The notes under the pieces are model-generated. The model was not told the DNA's origin, made no database searches, and was given only the letters and a program-made list of their open reading frames with translations. Shown piece after piece: positions 28,698 to 38,787 of a stretch of 64,000 nucleotides of DNA. Origin of the DNA: an uncultured Candidatus Saccharibacteria bacterium. GTDB lineage: Bacteria > Patescibacteriota > Minisyncoccia > Phycocordibacterales > JAKAEA01. Numbering within the stretch: position 1 is the stretch's first letter; each line of letters begins with the position of its first letter. Where the stretch lies: positions 27,294 through 91,293 of the forward strand of contig CAZNZK010000004.1 in the NCBI GenBank assembly GCA_964577595.1, read 5' to 3'. Both the position numbers and the translations under genes were made by a program.

Positions 28698-30833
28698 ATG
28701 GCTGAAACTAAGGATAAAACAACAAAAAAACCAGCTTCGCATTACAGCGCCGAAGACATCCAGGTTTTGGAGGGGTTAGAGCCCGTGCGCAAGCGCCCGG
28801 GCATGTATATTGGCACCACTGGGCCGGACGGCTTCCATCACCTCGTTACGGAAATTTTTGACAACTCGCGCGATGAAGCGATGGGTGGCTTTGCTAATGA
28901 TATTGAAATTGTGCTGTTGCCGGCGGCCGCTGGCGGCCTGGAGCGCGTGCGCGTGGTAGACAACGGCCGTGGTATTCCAGTGGACATGCATAAGCAAACC
29001 AAAGTGTCCGCTTTGGAAACTATTATGACCACTTTGCATGCCGGTGGAAAATTCGGCGGCGAGGGCTACAAAGTTTCCGGCGGTTTGCACGGCGTGGGCG
29101 CTTCCGTCGTGAACGCTCTTTCCGATTGGTGTCAGGTTATCGTTCATAAAAGCGATGGCACGGTGAAGAATGGTATTTACATTCAGGAATATAAGCGCGG
29201 CAAAGCGGCCTTTAAGGTAAAAAATGTTGGTTCTACAAAAAATAACGGCACCATTGTTTCTTTTGCTCCTGATTCCCAAATTTTCGGCGATCAAAAATTT
29301 GATTTCCAGCGCATCGTCAATCATATGCGCCAGCAGGCCTACTTGGTGAAGGGTTTACGTATTAGCGTTATTGACGCACGCGCCGTTACTGATACAAAAA
29401 CGCTTGCCAAGCTTGAAGAGGTTTTTTACGCTCGGGAACTTTTTGGCCAGCCTGGCTTGGATGCGCCGTCACACACCTTCTATTTTGAAGGTGGTTTGCG
29501 TTCACTGGTAAAATTCCAAAATCAGGTTTTGAAGCCGGTCCACAAAAACATTTTTTATGTTGAGAAAAAGACCAATGAGTATGAGTCGGCTGAAATCGCC
29601 TTGCAATATGTAGACGACATCGCCAGTCGCGTTTTGCCATTTGCGAACAATATCTACAACAGCGAAGGTGGCACACACGTCACTGGTTTTAAAACTGCCC
29701 TCACTCGCACCCTCAATGCCTATGGCCGCAAAAACAATCTCATTAAGGAATCCGAAGACAGCTTCACCGGTGAAGATGTTTTGGAAGGGTTGACCGCCGT
29801 CATTTCCGTTAAAATCCGCGAAATTCAGTTTGAAGGCCAAACAAAGGCCAAGCTCGGCACCGTGGAAGCACGCGGTATCGTGGAAAGTGTTTTCGGCGAA
29901 GCCTTCTCAGCCTTTTTGGAAGAAAACCCCGATGACGCCCGGGCTATTATCGGCAAGGTAGTGCTGGCTCTGAAGGCCCGCAAAGCCGCCAAGGCCGCCA
30001 AGGATTCCGTTCTGCGCAAGGGCGCTTTAGAGGGTTTTGCTTTGCCGGGCAAGCTTGCCGACTGCCAAAGTAAAGATGCATCAGAAAGCGAGCTCTTTAT
30101 TGTAGAAGGCGATTCAGCCGGTGGCACCGCCAAGCAGGGCCGCGATAGGCGCACCCAAGCCGTCCTGCCACTTCGCGGTAAAATCCTCAACGTGGAGCGT
30201 GCTCGCTTGGATAAGATGCTGGAATCGCAGGAAATCAAAAACCTGGTCATCGCCCTCGGCACGGCTATTGGCGACACTTTTGACGTCACCAAGCTCCGTT
30301 ACCACAAAATCATTATTGCTACCGATGCCGACGTTGACGGCGCCCACATTCGCACACTTTTGCTGACCCTTTTCTATCGTCATTTCCGCCCGCTCGTTGA
30401 TGGTGGCTTCATTTACATCGCCCAGCCACCGCTTTTCAAAATCAAAAAAGGCAAGGAAATTTTCTACGCCTATTCCGATGAAGAGCGAAATAAAATAATC
30501 GGTAAAGCCGACGTTGCCGAAATTGAGGAAGTAGACAGTGCAAACCCGGGCGAAGCTTCCGCCACGGAAGAAGTCGCTGGCGACGAAAAAGAGGGCGAAG
30601 CCACCAAGAAAGTCGCCAAAATTTCCATCCAGCGCTACAAGGGTTTGGGCGAAATGAATGCCGAAGAGCTCCAGGAAACCACCATGGACATCACTAAGCG
30701 CATTCTTAAAAAAGTCACCGTTGACGACGTTCAGGACGCCGACAAAATTTTTGATATCCTGATGGGTACCGATGTGCCTTCCCGCAAATCGTTCATCCAG
30801 TCCAATGCCAAAAAAGCCACTCTTGATATTTAA
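28698..30833 (+). CDS. gyrB: DNA gyrase subunit B
   Basis: VRKRPGMYIG, DNGRGIP, LHAGGKF, EGDSAGG, PLRGKILN, DADVDG, QRYKGLGEM. Confidence 0.96.
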   Translation: MAETKDKTTKKPASHYSAEDIQVLEGLEPVRKRPGMYIGTTGPDGFHHLVTEIFDNSRDEAMGGFANDIEIVLLPAAAGGLERVRVVDNGRGIPVDMHKQTKVSALETIMTTLHAGGKFGGEGYKVSGGLHGVGASVVNALSDWCQVIVHKSDGTVKNGIYIQEYKRGKAAFKVKNVGSTKNNGTIVSFAPDSQIFGDQKFDFQRIVNHMRQQAYLVKGLRISVIDARAVTDTKTLAKLEEVFYARELFGQPGLDAPSHTFYFEGGLRSLVKFQNQVLKPVHKNIFYVEKKTNEYESAEIALQYVDDIASRVLPFANNIYNSEGGTHVTGFKTALTRTLNAYGRKNNLIKESEDSFTGEDVLEGLTAVISVKIREIQFEGQTKAKLGTVEARGIVESVFGEAFSAFLEENPDDARAIIGKVVLALKARKAAKAAKDSVLRKGALEGFALPGKLADCQSKDASESELFIVEGDSAGGTAKQGRDRRTQAVLPLRGKILNVERARLDKMLESQEIKNLVIALGTAIGDTFDVTKLRYHKIIIATDADVDGAHIRTLLLTLFYRHFRPLVDGGFIYIAQPPLFKIKKGKEIFYAYSDEERNKIIGKADVAEIEEVDSANPGEASATEEVAGDEKEGEATKKVAKISIQRYKGLGEMNAEELQETTMDITKRILKKVTVDDVQDADKIFDILMGTDVPSRKSFIQSNAKKATLDI

Positions 30834-31470
30834 ATTCCTCGGCATTGCCGCCGCAGTATTCATTGTTACTTTCATTGTGTTTTACCTGGTTGGTGCGGTT
30901 CCAGCCGAATTTCAATTTTTTACGGAAACGCCAACCTATCAGCCGCCGACTATCTCGATAACAGCTACCAGCACTAACGGCAAGCCGGTCACTCAGTCCA
31001 GTCAGCCGGTTGTTGTAAATGGCTTTTTCGCCGGCGCAAATTTCCCAGAACGCATCATTATTCCTTCTATTAGCGTTAATAGCGTGGTGCTCAACCCGCA
31101 AACCACCGACGTGGTCGCGCTCGATGACTTGCTTTTGAAAGGCGCGGTGCGTTACCCAACTTCCGGCCAGCTAGGGCAGGGAACCGTTTTCATTTTCGGC
31201 CATAACACCGGCTTGGCCGCTTTTAATCCGGCCTATAAAACTTTTAACGGCTTGCGTACTATAAAAAATGGCGCGCAAATAGAAGTTGATTCCGCCAGCG
31301 CCCGCTACTTTTACACCGTCACTTCACTTGAATTGGTAGACAGCGACACGGCATATGTGAACGTTTCCGCTACCGATAACGAGCTAGTTATTGCCACCTG
31401 CAATGTTTTCGGCGCCAAGGAACAGCGCTATGTAGTGCATGCGGCTCCGGCGGGGCAAAGCGCTCTGTAA
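30805..31470 (+). CDS. Sortase
   Basis: N-terminal TM; FIFGH, LVIATC and QRYVVHA supply His/Cys/Arg. Confidence 0.88.
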   Translation: MPKKPLLIFKFLGIAAAVFIVTFIVFYLVGAVPAEFQFFTETPTYQPPTISITATSTNGKPVTQSSQPVVVNGFFAGANFPERIIIPSISVNSVVLNPQTTDVVALDDLLLKGAVRYPTSGQLGQGTVFIFGHNTGLAAFNPAYKTFNGLRTIKNGAQIEVDSASARYFYTVTSLELVDSDTAYVNVSATDNELVIATCNVFGAKEQRYVVHAAPAGQSAL

Positions 31471-31478
31471 AGAAGCGC

Positions 31479-31506
31479 TTGACAGCGTACTTATATATGT
31501 TATAAT
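31479..31506 (+). promoter_or_regulatory. Consensus sigma70 promoter for the surface protein
   Basis: TTGACA-N16-TATAAT. Confidence 0.75.
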
Positions 31507-31536
31507 GGTTAGGTTCAGGTTAAATGAACAAACATT

Positions 31537-32565
31537 ATGACCAAAAAACTCATATTTACAGCCATTATTTGTGCCATCGTTGTTGGCGCTTTCAGCGTGT
31601 CTGTTTCTAACGCCTCAGCCTGTAGCTCAGGTTGCTATGGTTACGGAAACCATTATACGTACGATTACGATCACACTTCTAATTGTAGCTGTACTCATCC
31701 AACACCGGCTCCAACGCCTGCGCCTACTCCAGTGCCCCCGCCGGTAGTTACTCCGCCGGTCTACAATCCTCCGGTATATAACCCGCCCGTTTACAATCCT
31801 CCTGTCTATAACCCACCTGTATACAATCCACCAGTGTATAACCCTCCGGTCTACAATCCTCCGGTTGTTTACCAAGCTCCGATTGTGTATCAGGCCCCGA
31901 TTGTCTACCAAGCTCCAGTTATCCAAACGTATGCTCCGCTTAGCGTAACATGTCAGGCTAATCCCGTTCACGCTACTGTTGGTAGCACGATTACGTGGAC
32001 GGCCATCATCTCTGGTGGTAATGATTCCTACAATGGTTACAATTCCTACGGTTATAACACCTATAACCCGTACAATAACGGTAGCTACTACAATGATTCG
32101 TACAACGGTTCCTATAACGGCGGTTACTCCCTCACCTGGACCGGTACTGATGGTTTGGGTAACAATGGCAGTACGATCATTTCCAAGACCTATGTGACTC
32201 CGGGCCAGAAAGTGGCCACTGTCACGGTTTACGAAAATGGTCAGAATGTGACTGCTAGCTGTGCCAGCTATGTTGGTGCGCCTATCGTCACTCCGTATGG
32301 TGGTTCTACACAGCGTGTCTACTTGAATCAGGTTCCGTATACCGGTGCCGGTAGTACTACGAAGGTTGTTCTCTTTCTTGCCATTATGGCCGCTTGGAGC
32401 GCCTTGGTTGCTTACGTCATTATGAAGCGCCGCGCCTCTGCCACTTCCACGACTGCCCGTTTGGCCGCCGCCGGTATCACTACGACAGCCGCTCCCACTG
32501 CAGAAACTTCCAGCAACTTCTTGACCAACTACGTCGCCAAGCTTCGTAATCAGGCCAATCAGTAA
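31537..32565 (+). CDS. Secreted Pro/Tyr-rich surface protein with VPYTG sorting signal
   Basis: Signal peptide, PPVYN and APIVYQ repeats, PKD/Ig-like segment, LNQVPYTG + TM + KRR. Confidence 0.85.
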   Translation: MTKKLIFTAIICAIVVGAFSVSVSNASACSSGCYGYGNHYTYDYDHTSNCSCTHPTPAPTPAPTPVPPPVVTPPVYNPPVYNPPVYNPPVYNPPVYNPPVYNPPVYNPPVVYQAPIVYQAPIVYQAPVIQTYAPLSVTCQANPVHATVGSTITWTAIISGGNDSYNGYNSYGYNTYNPYNNGSYYNDSYNGSYNGGYSLTWTGTDGLGNNGSTIISKTYVTPGQKVATVTVYENGQNVTASCASYVGAPIVTPYGGSTQRVYLNQVPYTGAGSTTKVVLFLAIMAAWSALVAYVIMKRRASATSTTARLAAAGITTTAAPTAETSSNFLTNYVAKLRNQANQ

Positions 32566-32584
32566 AACTAAATTATTATAAAAC

Positions 32585-32613
32585 AAAATCCGCCCTCACA
32601 AGGGGTGGATTTT
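32585..32613. terminator. Bidirectional terminator
   Basis: aaaatccgccc/gggtggatttt hairpin. Confidence 0.7.
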
Positions 32614-32614
32614 G

Positions 32615-34372
32615 CTATGCTTTGTTTTTGATTTCAGCTTGTAGTTTTCCAAGAACTTCATCCAACGCAAATTGGCCCAATGGGCCTTTGTCGCGACTTT
32701 CCAGTGTTACTTTTTTGGCTTCTATATCTTTATCACCAATAATAATAAAGTAGGGGATTTTTTGTTCCTTAGCAGCGCGGACTTTTTTGCCCATGTTGGC
32801 GTCACTTTCATCACACTTCGCGCGGATGCCGGCGGTCACAAGCGCTTCGGTTACTTCTTTTGCTGTTGCTGTATGCTCATCACGAACGGGAATAACTGAA
32901 ACCTGTACGGGTGAAAGCCAGAGTGGGAAGTTGCCGGCAAGGTGCTCAATAAGCGTAGCCATGAAGCGCTCAATAGAACCCATGATGGCGCAGTGAATCA
33001 TGACGATGGGCTCTTTCTCGCTTTTCTCATTGATGCAGTAGAGGCCGAAACGCTCGGGCATGTTGAAATCGAGCTGAATGGTAGCTACTTGCAGGACGCG
33101 GCCGAGCGAGTCGTGGGCAATGAAGTCAATTTTCGGGCCATACATGGCCGCTTCGCCCTTGCCGTCTATATAGTTTTTGACGCCGCGCTTTTCAATGATT
33201 GCTTTAATTTGATCCTCGGCGCGTTGCCAGGTTTCTTTGGTGCCGATGTATTTCTCAAAATGGTCCGGGTCGTGGCGGGACATGCGGATTTGCAGATTCT
33301 TGAAGCCGAAGGTGGTGTAGAACGTATCAATAATGTCCCAAATGGCGAACATTTCCTGTTCTATTTGGGAGGCGCGGCAGAAAACGTGGGCGTCGTCTTG
33401 AGTGATGGAGCGGACACGCGAAAGGCCGGAAAGCTCGCCGCTTTGCTCGTCGCGGTAAACCATGGTGGTTTCAGCATAGCGCTGGGGCATGTCGCGGTAG
33501 CTGTGTTGCTCGGAAGCAAAAATTTGCGTGTGGTGCGGGCAATTCATGGGCTTCATGGCAAAAACATGGCCTTCGCGGGTGTTGATTTTAAAGAGTTCGT
33601 CTTTGAATTTTGCCCAGTGGCCGGAGGTTTCGTAAAGTTCTTTTTTTGTAATGTGGGGGATGGTCACTTTTTGGTAGCCCTTAGCTTTGCGCAGTTCCCA
33701 GACGTAGTCGTTCAAAAGCTCACGGATGAACGTACCTTTGGGTGTCCAGAGGGGCAGACCACTTCCGACGAGGTCGGAAAAAACAAAAAGCCCCATTTCT
33801 TTGCCGATTTTTTTATGGTCGCGTTTTTTAGCTTCTTCTTGGGTGGCGAGGTATTCGTCCAACTCTTTTTTAGTGGCGAAAGCGAGGCCGTAAATGCGGG
33901 TGAGCATTTTATTCTTTTCGTCACCGCGCCAATAGGCACCGGCAATGCGCTCTAGTTTGAAAGATTCCGGATTAATACTTTGTGCATCCTCTACGTGGCC
34001 ACCGCGGCACAAGTCGGTAAAACGGCCAGAGGTATAAAGGGTGATTTTCTCGCCCTTGCTGACAATTTCATCTATGAGCTCAAGTTTGTAGGGGTTGCCC
34101 TTAAAATGTTCGCGAGCTTCCTTTTCGGTAACTTCTTTGGCGTCAAAAGACTTCCAGTCTTTGAGCGTCTCGCGCATCTTTTTCTCAATTTTAGGCAGAT
34201 CTTTTTCAGTGATTGGCTCTTTGAATTCAAAATCGTAGTAAAAACCATTATCAACAGCAGGGCCAATGGTGTTTTTTGTTTCTGGCCAAAGGCGCAGAAC
34301 TGCCGCCGCCAAAAGGTGGGCGAGGGAGTGGCGAGCGTGCTCAAGGTTTTGAGAGTTGTCAGAATTTTTCAT
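32615..34372 (-). CDS. thrS: Threonyl-tRNA synthetase (no TGS domain)
   Basis: HSLAHLL, DLCRGGH, GAYWRG, RDHKKIG, KPMNCP, YGPKID. Confidence 0.97.
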   Translation of the reverse strand: MKNSDNSQNLEHARHSLAHLLAAAVLRLWPETKNTIGPAVDNGFYYDFEFKEPITEKDLPKIEKKMRETLKDWKSFDAKEVTEKEAREHFKGNPYKLELIDEIVSKGEKITLYTSGRFTDLCRGGHVEDAQSINPESFKLERIAGAYWRGDEKNKMLTRIYGLAFATKKELDEYLATQEEAKKRDHKKIGKEMGLFVFSDLVGSGLPLWTPKGTFIRELLNDYVWELRKAKGYQKVTIPHITKKELYETSGHWAKFKDELFKINTREGHVFAMKPMNCPHHTQIFASEQHSYRDMPQRYAETTMVYRDEQSGELSGLSRVRSITQDDAHVFCRASQIEQEMFAIWDIIDTFYTTFGFKNLQIRMSRHDPDHFEKYIGTKETWQRAEDQIKAIIEKRGVKNYIDGKGEAAMYGPKIDFIAHDSLGRVLQVATIQLDFNMPERFGLYCINEKSEKEPIVMIHCAIMGSIERFMATLIEHLAGNFPLWLSPVQVSVIPVRDEHTATAKEVTEALVTAGIRAKCDESDANMGKKVRAAKEQKIPYFIIIGDKDIEAKKVTLESRDKGPLGQFALDEVLGKLQAEIKNKA

Positions 34373-34599
34373 ATGGTTGTAATTGGTTTACATCATACCA
34401 GTTTTGTTTTCCATTTAAAAGTGACACTTGCGCATAAAAATTTCATGGTAAAATAGAGGCACAACAGTTCCCAACTCCTTCGCTTTTGCCAAAACGTGTG
34501 TTGTAGTGCTCGTTTTTAACAAAACTTTATGAATCATTGATGAGAATTTTAACTACGAGTGTTTATAATTGCGCCATTACCAAGTAATTACTAAAAACT

Positions 34600-34992
34600 A
34601 TGCCTACACTACAGGATGTTGTAAACAAAATAGACGGTCTTCCTACGAAGCAAGATGTTATAAGTATAATAGACAGTAAGATAGGGGGTCTTGCAACCAA
34701 GCAAGATGTCATGAATAAAATAGATGGTCTCGCAACCAAGCAAGATGTTACGAATAAGAGGCTAGATGGTCTCGCGGCAAAGCAGGATGCTATGAGTAAG
34801 CAGATTAGCGATTTTGTGGCTATAACCGAACAGCGGTTTAATGATGTGGATAACCGTCTTGATGTGATTGAAACAATTTCGGCTCAAATGCAGGAGGTGT
34901 TACAAGAAAAGTTTGTCAAAATAGATACCCTTACCACTTCAATCGTAAAACACGAAAAGCGGATTTTGAAACTGGAAACAAAGTGTGCCTAA
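34600..34992 (+). CDS. Coiled-coil protein with four KIDGL(A/P)TKQDV-like repeats
   Basis: Repeats visible at protein and DNA level; C-terminal HEKRILKLE. Confidence 0.75.
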   Translation: MPTLQDVVNKIDGLPTKQDVISIIDSKIGGLATKQDVMNKIDGLATKQDVTNKRLDGLAAKQDAMSKQISDFVAITEQRFNDVDNRLDVIETISAQMQEVLQEKFVKIDTLTTSIVKHEKRILKLETKCA

Positions 34993-34995
34993 AAC

Positions 34996-37900
34996 TTACA
35001 GCGCTTTAGCTTTTTCCACAATTATAGAGGGTGCGTCGTTGCGCTTGGAGAGGCGGCCTTTCAAGGCCACGCAGGTGTCGGGCATAAAAAGCTCGGGGTA
35101 GAGCTTAAGGGTTTTGGGGAACACAACACCTTCTATGTTGCCGGTATAATCACCCACTTTTATAAAAAGCATTTTCTCATTATTTTTGGTGGCGAACTGT
35201 TTGACCTCTTCAAGGATGCCATACACAACAATGGTTGCGCCCTCGGGCATTTCGCGGAGCCGGCTTATGGGCGCACCGCTGCCGTCTTTTTCCTTCGCTT
35301 CAAGTTTCTCGCGGTGCTTATCAAGCGGGTGGCCGGAAATGTAGAGGCCGAGCAACTCTTTTTCCCAGGCAAGCTTTTCAGTAGGGTTGGCAACCGCCAT
35401 TTGCTTAAGGCGCAGGGTGGGTACGCTTGAGGAGTCGCTCATGAGGGCGAAAAGCGAATCCTCGGCGCTGGCTGTTTTGGCTGCCTCTTTATTGTAGGCA
35501 AGCAAGTCGTCTATGTTACCAATGAGCTGGCCACGTTCGCATTTTTCATCATTGCCGGAAAGAGAGAGTTGGTCAAAGGCACCGGCCTTAATGAGTGATT
35601 CCAGTGATTTTTTATTGAGGTTGCGATCCTTGATGCGGTTAAGAAAATCGGTGAGCGATTTAAAGTGGCCGCCGGCTTTGCGTTCGGCAATAATAATATC
35701 GGCAATGCCTTCGCCAACATTCTTGACGGTATAGAGGCCGAAGCGGATTGCATCACTATTTGCGGGGTCAGGCACCGCCGCGGAGCCTGACCCCTTTGAC
35801 CCTTTAATAACGGTGAAGCCGCCAAAACTCTCGTTAATGTCTGGCGGCAGAACGGGGATTTTCATATGCTTGCACTCGGCAATAGTTTCGGCAATAGTTT
35901 CAATGTTGCCGCTTTCAGCAGTTAAAACAGCGCACATATACACGGCGGGGAAGTTGGCCTTCATGTAGGCGGTTTGGTAGGCGACGCGGCCGTAGCTGGC
36001 GGCATGAGCTTTGTTAAAACCGTAGGCGGCAAATGGTTCAATCAGCTTCCAAATAGTTTCGGCTTTTTCCTGCTTCATACCGTGCGAAAGTAGGCCCTTC
36101 ATAAGCTTGTCTTTTTCGGCCTGCATAACTTCCGGAATTTTCTTACCCATGGCCTTGCGGAATTTGTCGGCTTCAAGCCAGGAGTAGCCGGCGAGCTTAA
36201 TGGCGGTCAAAAGCACATCGTCTTGGTATACAAGCAAGCCGTAGGAAAAATCCAAATACTCCTTCATACGCGGGTCTAAATAACGCACCAGGGCCGGATT
36301 ATGCTTACGCTCAATGTATTGCGGAATAACTTCCATTGGGCCCGGGCGATAGAGGGCAACCATGGCGTTGATGTCGTGAATGGTGCTCGGTTTCAGTTCT
36401 TTCAAAAAGCGGGTCATGCCGGAGCCGTTGAGCTGGAAGAGGCCAATGGTTTCGCCGCGGGCGAGCATTTCAAAAGTTTTTTTGTCGTCCAGGGGAATGT
36501 GTTCAATATCCACGTCGGCATTCTCAACTTTTTTAGCCAAGTGAACGGCGTCGGAAAGAATGGCCAGGTTGCGAATGCCAAGGAAGTCGAATTTGAGCAA
36601 GCCAGCATCCTCAACCGACCACATATCATATTGCGTGATGATTTTTCCGCCCGTACCATCGCCGGCACTCTTTGGGTCAATTTGAAGTGGTACGAAATCG
36701 GTGAGGGCGGTTGGGGCCATAACCACACCGGCGGCATGCACGGAAATGTGACGGGCCCGGCCTTCAATTTTAAGGGCAATATCCATGATTTCACGCACTT
36801 CCGTTTCTTTGTCATAGCTTTTTTTAAGCTCCGGTTCCAATTCCATAGCCTTTTCCAGCGTCATGGGAAAACCCTGCGAGCCCATGGGAATGAGCTTGGC
36901 CAGACGGTCGCCCACGGTGTAGGGGTAGCCAAGGGCGCGGGCGATGTCGCGCACGGAGCCGCGGGCCATCATGGTGCCGAACGTACCGATTTGAGCGACC
37001 TTGTCGTAGCCGTATTTTTTCTTGGCATACTCAATCATCTCGTCGCGACGATTATCGGCGTAGTCCATGTCAATATCGGGCGCGCTCGGGCGTTCGGGGT
37101 TCAAGAAGCGTTCAAATGGCAACTTATATTCCAACGGGTCCACATTCGTGATGCCGGCCAGGTAGGTCACAAGCGAACCGGCAACCGAACCTCTAATAGT
37201 GGTAAAAATGCCTTCCTGGTGGGCGTGATTGAGAAGGTCGGCAACTACGAGGAAGTATGGCGAATAGCCTTTGGTCTTAATAATCTCCAGCTCGTACTCC
37301 ATGCGGTCACGGACTTTTTTGAGTTCGGCCGCGTCGGTATATTTTTCGTCAAATTTTCGCTTGTGAAAACCGGTTTCCACAAGTTGGCGCAAAGCGTCGT
37401 CCGCGGAAGCTACGCCTGGCGGCAAGTCAAATTTCGGAAAGAACCATTTGCCCAGGGTAATTTCTACGTTGCACATGTCGGCTATTTTAGCCGTGTTGAG
37501 AATTGCTTCGGGGTGGTGTTTGAAAAACTTTTCTGCCTGTTCGGGAGAAATAAAAGAAAAATCCTCCTCCACATCTTCAAAACCACCGCGCTCCAGAGCA
37601 TCGCCATCGTGCTGGATAGACATAAGCGTCTCGCGGGCCAAATGGTCGCTTGGCGACAAGTAATAGGTGTCGTGCGCGGCCACGAGCGGCACCTCGGCAC
37701 TTTTGGCAAATGCCACCAATTTTTTCATCGCCTCTTCGTGATTAGGGATTTCGGGGTGGTGGGTGAGCTCTATATAGAAGCGGTCGGGGCCAAAAAGCTT
37801 TTTGTAATAGTCCGCCAACTCCTGTGCCTTCGCTTGGTCGCCCATTTTGAGCGCCGCCACAATGTCGCCCGAAAACGACGGTGAAATGCAAATCAGTCCC

Positions 37901-38292
37901 TCGGAATATTTTTCCAAAAGCTCGCGGTCAATGCGCGGCTTGTAGTAAAAACCCTCCAAATACGAATCGGTAACCAGCTTAATGAGATTTTTATAGCCCA
38001 CATTGCTCATGGCTAAGAGCACCAGGCGGTTGCGCTTGTTATCTACACCCGTTTGTTTATCGGCACGGGTGCGGGCGGCAAGGTAGGCATCAACGCCGAT
38101 GATGGCTTTTATGCCGGCGCTCTTGCATTCTTTATAAAATTCAATAGCGCCATAGAGATTGCCGTTATCGGTCAGCGCCAAAGCAGTCATTCCGTGCTTT
38201 TTAGCCGCTTCCACGAGCTCGTCAATTTTTGGCAAGGCCGAAAGCAGGGAATAGTGCGAATGCACATGCAGATGGACGAAACGTGAAGTCAT
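34996..38292 (-). CDS. dnaE: DNA polymerase III alpha subunit
   Basis: HLHVHSHYS PHP domain, RGSVAGS, PDIDMD, FNKAH. Confidence 0.97.
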   Translation of the reverse strand: MTSRFVHLHVHSHYSLLSALPKIDELVEAAKKHGMTALALTDNGNLYGAIEFYKECKSAGIKAIIGVDAYLAARTRADKQTGVDNKRNRLVLLAMSNVGYKNLIKLVTDSYLEGFYYKPRIDRELLEKYSEGLICISPSFSGDIVAALKMGDQAKAQELADYYKKLFGPDRFYIELTHHPEIPNHEEAMKKLVAFAKSAEVPLVAAHDTYYLSPSDHLARETLMSIQHDGDALERGGFEDVEEDFSFISPEQAEKFFKHHPEAILNTAKIADMCNVEITLGKWFFPKFDLPPGVASADDALRQLVETGFHKRKFDEKYTDAAELKKVRDRMEYELEIIKTKGYSPYFLVVADLLNHAHQEGIFTTIRGSVAGSLVTYLAGITNVDPLEYKLPFERFLNPERPSAPDIDMDYADNRRDEMIEYAKKKYGYDKVAQIGTFGTMMARGSVRDIARALGYPYTVGDRLAKLIPMGSQGFPMTLEKAMELEPELKKSYDKETEVREIMDIALKIEGRARHISVHAAGVVMAPTALTDFVPLQIDPKSAGDGTGGKIITQYDMWSVEDAGLLKFDFLGIRNLAILSDAVHLAKKVENADVDIEHIPLDDKKTFEMLARGETIGLFQLNGSGMTRFLKELKPSTIHDINAMVALYRPGPMEVIPQYIERKHNPALVRYLDPRMKEYLDFSYGLLVYQDDVLLTAIKLAGYSWLEADKFRKAMGKKIPEVMQAEKDKLMKGLLSHGMKQEKAETIWKLIEPFAAYGFNKAHAASYGRVAYQTAYMKANFPAVYMCAVLTAESGNIETIAETIAECKHMKIPVLPPDINESFGGFTVIKGSKGSGSAAVPDPANSDAIRFGLYTVKNVGEGIADIIIAERKAGGHFKSLTDFLNRIKDRNLNKKSLESLIKAGAFDQLSLSGNDEKCERGQLIGNIDDLLAYNKEAAKTASAEDSLFALMSDSSSVPTLRLKQMAVANPTEKLAWEKELLGLYISGHPLDKHREKLEAKEKDGSGAPISRLREMPEGATIVVYGILEEVKQFATKNNEKMLFIKVGDYTGNIEGVVFPKTLKLYPELFMPDTCVALKGRLSKRNDAPSIIVEKAKAL
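35764..35794. repeat. REP-like palindrome inserted in frame in dnaE
   Basis: GGGGTCAGGC-accgccgcgga-GCCTGACCCC; half-copies at 47037-47050 and 42551-42563. Confidence 0.7.
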
Positions 38293-38406
38293 AGAGCGAT
38301 TATAACAGAATTTTGCCGAGATAAAATCGAGATAAAATTTTTCTCAAATGAAAATAAAGAAGCCCTGGTGATTGGCCAGGGCTCTTTGCGATTGGGTTTG
38401 GGATGC

Positions 38407-38682
38407 TCAGGCAGTTACGGCCGCGAGTTCCTCCCCCCAAAGAAAATCTTCCGCTTGCGATACCATTTGATGCAAGCCTTCGGGCGTGCGCGGCGTTTCC
38501 TTCAGGGTGGAACACTGAGCGGCGAGGTTTTCCATGGCAGAAATTGCCGCTGGGGAAAGCTCAACCTCATTCTTGCCCTTTTTTACAACAGCGGCGCCAG
38601 TCACTTCCAGTGTCTGAAGGGATTCCAGTGGGTCCGCGATGGCGTGGTCACTGAAGAGGTGTACGTGGTATCCAGGGATCAT
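38407..38682 (-). CDS. Small hypothetical protein
   Basis: AAAGGAG SD before ATG; terminator-like hairpin near 38358-38387. Confidence 0.6.
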   Translation of the reverse strand: MIPGYHVHLFSDHAIADPLESLQTLEVTGAAVVKKGKNEVELSPAAISAMENLAAQCSTLKETPRTPEGLHQMVSQAEDFLWGEELAAVTA

Positions 38683-38787
38683 ACGAGCTCCTTTCGTTGT
38701 GACATGACCTGATTACCGAATCAATCCTGTGATAAATGCTACGCTTCATAACGGGAAAATGCAAACATAAAGGGGTATACTAATTTT

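Noticed and set aside
31735-31920. 15-bp periodic repeats as a CRISPR array
   Set aside because: They encode PPVYN/APIVYQ with synonymous variation; there are no spacers and no cas genes.
36301-37884. 527-aa + strand ORF (also 32942-33955 and 31627-32586)
   Set aside because: Antisense shadows of dnaE, thrS and the surface protein, with no recognisable motifs.
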